From an uncultured Chloroflexia bacterium (lineage in GTDB: Bacteria; Chloroflexota; Anaerolineae; CG2-30-64-16), in NCBI GenBank assembly GCA_963810095.1, contig CAWEMM010000007.1, forward strand, positions 320,001 through 384,000: a DNA stretch of 64,000 bases, read 5' to 3'. The translations under genes were made by a program, and so were the position numbers. Every line of letters begins with the position of its first letter. Within the stretch, counting starts at the first letter, position 1. Below, piece after piece: positions 55,588 to 64,000 of the stretch. A model generated the notes under the pieces. The model was not told the DNA's origin. It did no database searches and was given only the letters and a program-made list of their open reading frames with translations.

Positions 55588-57121
55588 GTGAAGCCTATGA
55601 AGATGGAAAACGGCCGGTACGTTATTTTCGACAACACGTTGAGCAAGGCGGACTCGAACAAGGCCACTGCCTGGCAGGACATGTTCGTCAAGAAGTTCAG
55701 TTATAACAAGAACGAGAAGTACGAGCTGACCGTCAAGGACAACCCGTATCTCGGCTCCGAGTTCGGCCTGCGGGACATCCTGCGCGGGAATGACGGCGGG
55801 CAGATCGACGCCAAAAACGGCGTGATCATCAGCACGATCCGCATGGGGTTCGGACACTACCGCATCGCGATGGCCGGCGCGTCGGCCGCCTGCGCCATGG
55901 GCTTCACCCCCTATTGGCTTGACCTCCTCGCCATCCCGGGCATCACGACCGACGTCATCAACTGGTGCAACTCGTGGTACAGCCGCTGGTCGCGCGATCT
56001 CGCAGCGCAGCGAGCTCTTCAACAAATACGTCTGGGAATCGGTCACGACCGGCGAGTCCACGTTGCCTGGGCTGAACTGGTTCCTGAATCAATGGACCGT
56101 CGGCTGGCCGTGGCGGTTCCTGAAGACGAACGTCAAAGACTACAAGATGAGCGAGCTGTTCGGCAACCTGTACGGGGCGCTCCCCAAGGAGATGCCCGTG
56201 CTGACCTCGCACATGTGGAACTGCATGGGCGCCGTGGCGGGCGGTATGACCAACGTGGTCGACATGATGTTCGACAACTGGCCCATGGCGTTCCAGCTCA
56301 CCGAGGGCGCGAAGCACGGGGTTCAGTCGCCTTCGGGCTACTACGGTTTCCGGGCCATGCGCGGCTTCGACCCGAAGGGCGCGATCCTCAAGGGCACCCC
56401 GCCCGAGGCGATCTATTACACGGGGCACCACGTCGACCACGAGCTCGTGGAGAACATCGAGGTCGACTGCGCGGACCGGATTGCGCGGATGCGCAACGGC
56501 GAGCCCCGGCGTTTCCTGGTGACCATGGGCGGCGCGGGCGCGGAGCGCGAGCTGTTCAAGGCGATCATCGAGCACTGCGTGCCACTGGTGCAGGCAGGCA
56601 AGATTGCGCTGTTCGTCAACCTGGGCGACCACAAGGACAACTGGGAATGGCTGAAGGGTGAGCTCGTGGGGCACCAGGACCTGATCCAGACCCACTTCAC
56701 CTGGGCCGACACCCGGGCGCTGGCCGACGGCATCCGCCACGGGCCGGCCGAGGGCATCCACGTCTTCTTGCACGACAACACGTTCCACGCGGTCTACGCG
56801 ACGAACTACCTGATGCGGGTTATCGACGTGATGATTACCAAGCCAAGCGAGCTCGCTTTCTACCCCGTGCCCAAGATTTTCAACGCCCGGGTGGGCGGGC
56901 ACGAGATGTGGGGGGCCATTCGCGGGGCTGAGCTTGGTGACGGCACGGTGGAGACCCGCTCGGTCCCCCAGACCCTGCAGGCCATCAACCTGCTGACCGA
57001 GGGCACGGACCTGCTCGAGATGTATTGCAACTGCATCGTCAAGAACAAGAGCATCGGCATCTACGACGGCGCATATAAGTGCGTCGAGCTGGCGACCGGC
57101 CGGAAATTCGTACGGCAGTAG
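55588..57121 (+). CDS. Uncharacterised GT-B-like protein (DUF6937/DUF6938-like; MGDG-synthase-like motifs); frameshift near 55998
   Basis: TIRMGFGHYRIA, TSHMW, GHHVDHELV, LVTMGGAGA, VMITKPSELAFYPVPK, VGGHE; family name recalled, not searched. Confidence 0.65.
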
Positions 57122-57196
57122 CGAGGGGCTCTGCGGTGTGGGGCGCTTGGTTGCTCGATCACCAGGCGCCGCACACCGCAGCGGTCGGGGTGCTCC

Positions 57197-58380
57197 ATGA
57201 ACATCGGCATCTTCTCCGACTGCTATCTCCCCACCCGGAACGGCGTCTCGACTGTCGTCGCCCAGGCGCGGGCGGAGTTGGTGCGCCGGGGCCACCGGGT
57301 CAGCCTGTACACGGTCGCCGCACCGGGCGACGCCGGTGGCCGTGACCCGCTAGGGGCCATCCATCGTCTGCCTTCACTTCCGTTCAACCCCCGCATCCAG
57401 CTTCGCCTTGGGCTGGTCCCCCCGCGGCAGATCGACGCCTGGGTGGCGGCCGAGCAGCTAGACATAATACACACGCATACCGAGTTCACGCTGGGCCGCG
57501 GCAGGGCAGGCCGCTGCCGGAGCTCTCGACCTGCCCACAGTCCACACCCTGCACACCTTTTACCCTGCCTACCGGCACTATGCGCCTCTCGGCCGCCTGC
57601 TGCCGTTGCGGATCGTAGACTCCCTCGTCGGGCGCTTCCTTGCCCGTTGCGACATGGTGGCCTGCCCGTCGGAGAAGGGGCGGGCGTACGTGGCGTGCTG
57701 CGCTCCCGGCGTCCCCGCGGTCATCATCCCCAACGGCATCGCGCCCGGCCGTTTCGCACCCGCGGGCGCGCACGGTGAGGCCCGCCGGACCGGGCGGGCC
57801 GCGCTCGGGATCGCCGACGCCGCGCCGACCGTGCTCTTTGCCGGCCGGCTGGCGCCCGAGAAGCGCGTCGTCGAGCTGCTGCACGCCGTGCACCCGCTCC
57901 TGGCTGCAGACCCCGCTGCCCGGGCGGTGTTCGCCGGTGCAGGCCCCCAGGCCGCTTTGCTGCAGAAGCTGGCGGGGCGGGCGGGCGTGGGCCGCCAGGT
58001 CGTCCTGACCGGGGGCGTGCCGTGGCAGGACATGCCGGGCATCTATACGCTGGCCGACGTCTTCGCCACGGCGTCGCTCAGCGAAATCCATCCCATGACG
58101 CTGATCGAAGCGGTTTCGTCCGGGCTGCCCGCGGTCGCGCGGCGTGATCCGGGCATAGACGAGCCTGATACTTGACGGCTTCAACGGCTTCCTTGTAGAC
58201 TCGGACGCTGAACTCACCGCCGGGCTCGCCGCACTCCTGTACAATGAAGGCGTCCGCCAGCGATTCGGGCAGCACGCGGCCGGCGTAGCCGCCCAGTTGA
58301 GCATTGGCGCGCACGTCGACTGCCTGGAGGCGCTGTACCGGCAGACCATCGAAACCCACTCACGAAAGGCAACCCGATGA
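57197..58380 (+). CDS. GT4 glycosyltransferase (diacylglycerol alpha-glycosyltransferase-like); frameshifts near 57500-57530 and 58165
   Basis: [67 protein letters not shown]; TGA overlaps the next ATG. Confidence 0.9.
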
Positions 58381-60360
58381 AGCTTGGCGTCTGCTACTAT
58401 CCCGAACACTGGCCCCAGGAGCGCTGGGGCACCGATGCCCGCCTGATGCGCGAGGCGGGCATCGAGATTGTCCGCATCGGGGAATTTGCCTGGGCGCAGA
58501 TGGAGCCCGAGGACGGCCGGTTCGACTGGGGCTGGCTCGACCACGCCGTCCAGACGCTCGCGGACGAAGGGCTACAGATCGTCATGGGCACCCCCACGGC
58601 TGCGCCGCCCGTGTGGATGGTGCAAGCCTATCCCGACGTCCTCCCCGTGGACGCGGCAAGGCCGCACGCTGGGATTCGGCTCGCGGCGCCACGCCTGCGC
58701 CAACAGCCCGTCGTACCGGCGTCTCACGGAGCGCATCGTGACGGCGCTGGCCGAGCGCTATGGGCGCCACCCGGCGGTCACCGGGTGGCAGATCGACAAC
58801 GAGTTCGGGTGTCACAACACGACCCGCTGCTACTGCGACCGGTGCGCCGCGGCGTTCCGGCAGTGGCTCCAGGCGCGCTACGGCGATCTGCAGGCGTTCA
58901 ACGCGGCCTGGGGCAACGCGTTCTGGTCGCAGTGGTACAGCGACTGGGGGCAGATTGGACTGCCGATGCTGACCCCGGCCCAGCTCAACCCCAGCCACGT
59001 GCTTGACTTCTACCGCTTCTCGTCCGACTCGTGGGTTGCTTACGAAGATCTCCAGGCGCGGCTGCTGCGTGAGCACGGCGACCCGGCGAAGTTCGTGACA
59101 CACAACTTCATGGGCAATTCGCATGACCTGGACTACCACGATCTGGGGCGGCCCCTCGACTTCGTGACATGGGACTCCTATCCGACCGGCTACCTGGAAC
59201 AGGAGTCGGCGTCGCTCTACCTGCCCGAGGAACCTCGCTCGGCCTACGCACACGACGTGGGCGACCCTTATGTGACCGACTTCTGCCACGCCATCACCCG
59301 CGGCATCAAGCAGGCGCCATTTTGGGTGATGGAGCAGCAGCCGGGCGGCATCAACTGGGCGAGTTACAATCCGGGCGTGCTTCCCGGCGCCGTGCGCCTG
59401 TGGACGTGGCACGCGCTGGCGGCGGGTGCCGACGCAGTGGTCTACTTCCGCTGGCGCGCCTGCCGCTTCGGCTTCGAGCAGATGCACACGGGTCTCCGCA
59501 AGCATGACGGCAGCGCGGATACCGGATACCTGGACGTCGTCGAGATGGCGGCCGAGCGTGAGCTGATGGACCAGGTGGGCCGGGCCGAGCTGGCCGGCGA
59601 AGTGGCGATCCTCTCGAGCTACGAGGATCTGTGGGCGCTTCAACTCCAGCCGCATCGCAAGGGCTTCTCCTACCAGCGCGCACAGTTCGTGCTCTATCGT
59701 GCCTGTCAGCGCCTCGGCATCCCCTGCGAAGTGGTGTCGCCCGACGCGGACCTCACCCGCTTCAAGCTGGTGCTTGCGCCTGCGCTCCACCTCGTGGGCC
59801 CTGAGATCGTGACGAAGCTGCGTGCTTACGCCAGTGCGGGGGGCCATGTGGTCCTCGGGGTCCGCTCGGGCTTCAAGACCGCAAGCGACGTGGTGACGGA
59901 CCTGCCGCTGCCCGGCCTGCTCCGTGACCTGGTCGCCGCCGACGTGACGGCATGGCATGCCCTGCTGCCGGGAACCGCCTACGGTCTCACGTTTGGAGAT
60001 GAGAGATTCGACGCGGGTGTATGGGCGGAATCGGTGGCTCCGTGGCCGGCCACGGAGACACTCGCCGCCTGGCGCGGGACGCCGTTCGCCGGCGAGGCCG
60101 CGTTCACGCGCGCCGCCGTGGGGCAGGGGACCGCGTCGTATTGGGCCTGGCAGCCCACCCTGGAGCAGGCGCTCCGCGTGATTTCGCGTCTTGCAGACGA
60201 TGCCGGCGTCGCGCGCCTGGTCGCACCGCTTCCGGACGGCGTGCTGCGAGTCCCGCGTGGCCGGCACGTCGTGTGGTTGAACTTTACAGACCATGCGGAG
60301 ACGGTGGAGGCTGGTGAGGAGTTTGTGATCATTCCGCCGCGAGACGTCGTGATCGGATAG
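58377..60360 (+). CDS. Beta-galactosidase, glycoside hydrolase family 42; frameshift near 58655
   Basis: [81 protein letters not shown]. Confidence 0.96.
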
Positions 60361-60376
60361 TCGCGCCGGCCCCCGG

Positions 60377-60412
60377 AAAAAGAGAGGCGCCAGCTTCGCT
60401 GACGCCTCTCTT
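60377..60412. terminator. Hairpin terminator between the convergent GH42 and ybaK-like genes
   Basis: aagagaggcg-c-cagc-ttc-gctg-a-cgcctctctt with an A-tract on the left (U-tract for minus-strand transcript). Confidence 0.7.
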
Positions 60413-60471
60413 CATGCCACTGATCCAAATAGACAGTCACCCCGCGTTGTCCAGCAGCGCGGGGTGAGGGC

Positions 60472-60946
60472 CTAACTCGTCAGGTCCGCCAGCGCGGCCC
60501 CCAGCAGCGCGACGACGGGTTGCACGGGGACGAGCACGCCGACGCCCACTTTGCCCGCGCTGATCTCGATACGGTCGAACAGGATAGCCGTCTCGTCGAT
60601 CAGCACGGGCCAGCGCTTGTCCATCAGCGCCAGCGGCGAGATACCGCCCTTCTCCAGCCCCGTCAGACGCTCGGCCTCGCGCTCGGGGCGCCATCTGGAC
60701 CTTCTTCTCGCCGCTCGCCTGCGCCAGTTTCTTGAGATCGAGCTGGCTGTCGCCCGGCACCAGCGCCAGGATCGGGCGGCTGCCGGCTCGCTCGGGCAGG
60801 GCGACGAGCGTCTTGAAGGTCTGCTCGGGCGCCAGGCCGAGCACGGCGGCCACCTCGGCTGCCGAAAGATGCTCGACTACCTCATAGTACTTCGGCTCGT
60901 ACTCGATGCCGTGCGCCTCGAGCACGCGCATCGCCAGCGTCTTCAC
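60472..60946 (-). CDS. ybaK: YbaK/EbsC aminoacyl-tRNA deacylase; frameshift near 60685
   Basis: KTLAMRVLEAHGI.Y, QTFKTLV, LVPGDSQLDLKKLA, EAERLTGLEKGGISPL, ISAGKVG. Confidence 0.85.
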
Positions 60947-62247
60947 TACCCCTGCTTCATGATGAGGGGCAGGTAAGTTTTGCGGAGCGGCGCGGGAGCC
61001 GCGCTCAGTGAGACCCACACATTGCCCGACGGCGCGGCAAAGGCGAGCAGGTCGGACGAACGATCGCCGTTGAAGTCTCCGCTGCTACAAATCTCGGTGT
61101 TTGCAGTGCAGAAGCCCGTCGCGTAAAGCTGCGAGTTGGCGAACCTCGTGCGCTCGGACAGCGCGACATAGACATAACCTGGCTTGTTGGCGTAGAGGTT
61201 TCGCGTAAATGCGATCACGTCGTCATTGAAATCCCCGTTGAAATCGCCCACGCCACACACCTCGGAACCGACGCAGAACACCGGCGCGGGCGAGGGATTC
61301 CAGAGGGAAGCCGGGTTCAGCGCCGATCCGTTCGAACTCGCCACCCACACGCGGCCGGCTGAGCGTACAAACGTGACGACGTCATCCTTGCCGTCACCGT
61401 TGAAGTCTCCCGTCATGCAGACCTCGCCCGCGTAACAGAAGTCGAAGGAGGGATTCCAGATCGCGGGTGTCCCGAAGTTGAGGGTCCCCTGCTTGACCTG
61501 CGACAGGGCAATCCATACCTTGGCCTGGCCGCCCACCGTGCCGCCGTGGAAGGCCACGATGTCGTCGAATCCGTCGCCGTTGAAGTCGCCGGTATCACAA
61601 GTCTCGTTGATGCTGGCGGACGAGACGCAGAAGCCGTTGCGCCAGATGGCGCTGGGGCCAAAGCCGCCGCCCGCCTGGGCCAATGCCACCCAGACGTTGC
61701 CGGTAGAGCCGCGCACGAAGGAGACGATATCGTCCCGCCGGTCGCCGTTCACATCCGCAACCCGGCATTCCTCGGAGCCAACGCAGAAGTTGGTGGTCCA
61801 GCGCACCAGCGGCCCGAAGGCATTCGTGCCGTTCGAGAGCGCGACATAGACGCTGCCGGCATCGCTTGGCACGAAGCTGCGGATGAAGCGGATGACGTCG
61901 TACTTGCCGTCCCCGTTGAAATCTCCGGTGAGACAGCGGTCGCCGTTCGCCGTGCCGCTATTGGCGACGCAGAAGCCAGTCAGCCAGATCGCGGCGTCGG
62001 GCGCCGAAGCCATGGGCCCGGTGGGGACATGGCTGCCGTCGAGCGGGGCAGCGACGACCGAGGGACCGTACACCTCGGGCGTCACGCCGGGCGAGGACAC
62101 GTCGGCGCCGGGCGTTCCGTTGGTCGCCGGCGTCTGCGCCAGCGCGGTTGCAGGTACGATAAGCAGGCTCAGGATCGTAAGCAGAGCTAAGAGGCGACCA
62201 ATCCGGCGCGACGCCTGGGTCTGCGATCGGGTGGTTTTCGAGTTCAC
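60946..62247 (-). CDS. Secreted FG-GAP/VCBS-repeat beta-propeller with six Cys-paired blades and C-terminal YLPLIMK tail
   Basis: Signal peptide ending ALA; six W..FC...E/D.C..GDFNGDG.DD...F repeats; ends KTYLPLIMKQG*; RBS aggag before GTG 62247. Confidence 0.88.
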   Translation of the reverse strand: MNSKTTRSQTQASRRIGRLLALLTILSLLIVPATALAQTPATNGTPGADVSSPGVTPEVYGPSVVAAPLDGSHVPTGPMASAPDAAIWLTGFCVANSGTANGDRCLTGDFNGDGKYDVIRFIRSFVPSDAGSVYVALSNGTNAFGPLVRWTTNFCVGSEECRVADVNGDRRDDIVSFVRGSTGNVWVALAQAGGGFGPSAIWRNGFCVSSASINETCDTGDFNGDGFDDIVAFHGGTVGGQAKVWIALSQVKQGTLNFGTPAIWNPSFDFCYAGEVCMTGDFNGDGKDDVVTFVRSAGRVWVASSNGSALNPASLWNPSPAPVFCVGSEVCGVGDFNGDFNDDVIAFTRNLYANKPGYVYVALSERTRFANSQLYATGFCTANTEICSSGDFNGDRSSDLLAFAAPSGNVWVSLSAAPAPLRKTYLPLIMKQG

Positions 62248-62486
62248 GGCGTGCTCTCCTTTGATTTGGATTTGCTGCATGTTACCTCAGGTGCAGGCAC
62301 TGGGCAAGGCTTGAATCAGGGTTCCGGCGCTGTGGGTGGCCGGCGATGCTCTCCGCTGCCCGTCGTCCCGGCAGTGGGTGCTGCTTCACCGACACGGGCG
62401 GACGCGCACCTTATGGTTGTTAACGTATGACGCCGAGTCTGGCTATCGGTTCCGGTAAGCTGTCTTGAAATGATACGGAGTTGTGG

Positions 62487-63918
<1,432 letters not shown>

Positions 63919-63957
63919 GCCCATCTCTCAACCAATCGCAGAGGTGGAAATGCCGCT

Positions 63958-63985
63958 TGTAGGGCGAGCGTCAGCTCGCCCTACA
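63958..63985. repeat. GTAG-type REP hairpin
   Basis: tgtagggcgagc-gtca-gctcgccctaca, perfect 12-bp stem. Confidence 0.75.
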
Positions 63986-64000
63986 GCGCAAGCTCATTTT

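Overview
This is a high-GC bacterial chromosome segment, almost certainly Chloroflexota (Anaerolineae/Caldilineae-like). That call rests on CpXC, DUF5666/DUF5667, multiple GT-C membrane glycosyltransferases, C-terminal YLP-type tails and Val/Thr-rich lipoprotein stalks. It holds about 55 genes, mostly housekeeping and envelope functions: ligA, mdh-pckG, era, thyA, the nusA-ylxR-infB-rbfA-nrnA-truB-ribF operon, uppP, tgt, fhs, an ECF sigma/anti-sigma locus, a sirtuin, PadR-modAB, and a LacI-controlled sugar ABC/glycosyltransferase/GH42 operon. Many genes, including essential ones, are split by single-base indels that are best read as uncorrected long-read errors, so their coordinates are reconstructed across frames. 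I found no rRNA, tRNA, CRISPR array, prophage or complete IS element. The most notable observations are: (1) an apparent in-frame RibF-archease fusion ending the infB operon; (2) a ~200-nt rod-with-bubble non-coding structure between ylxR and infB, a candidate 6S-like RNA; (3) a BldN/RsbN-like ECF module driving DUF5666 surface proteins; (4) a ligA neighbourhood carrying homologues that act on both ligation by-products (NMN, AMP); (5) a galactoside-import operon containing two glycosyltransferases; (6) a eukaryote-type Fhs; and (7) several families of short palindromic repeats, some embedded in coding sequence. All family assignments come from motif recognition, not database searches.
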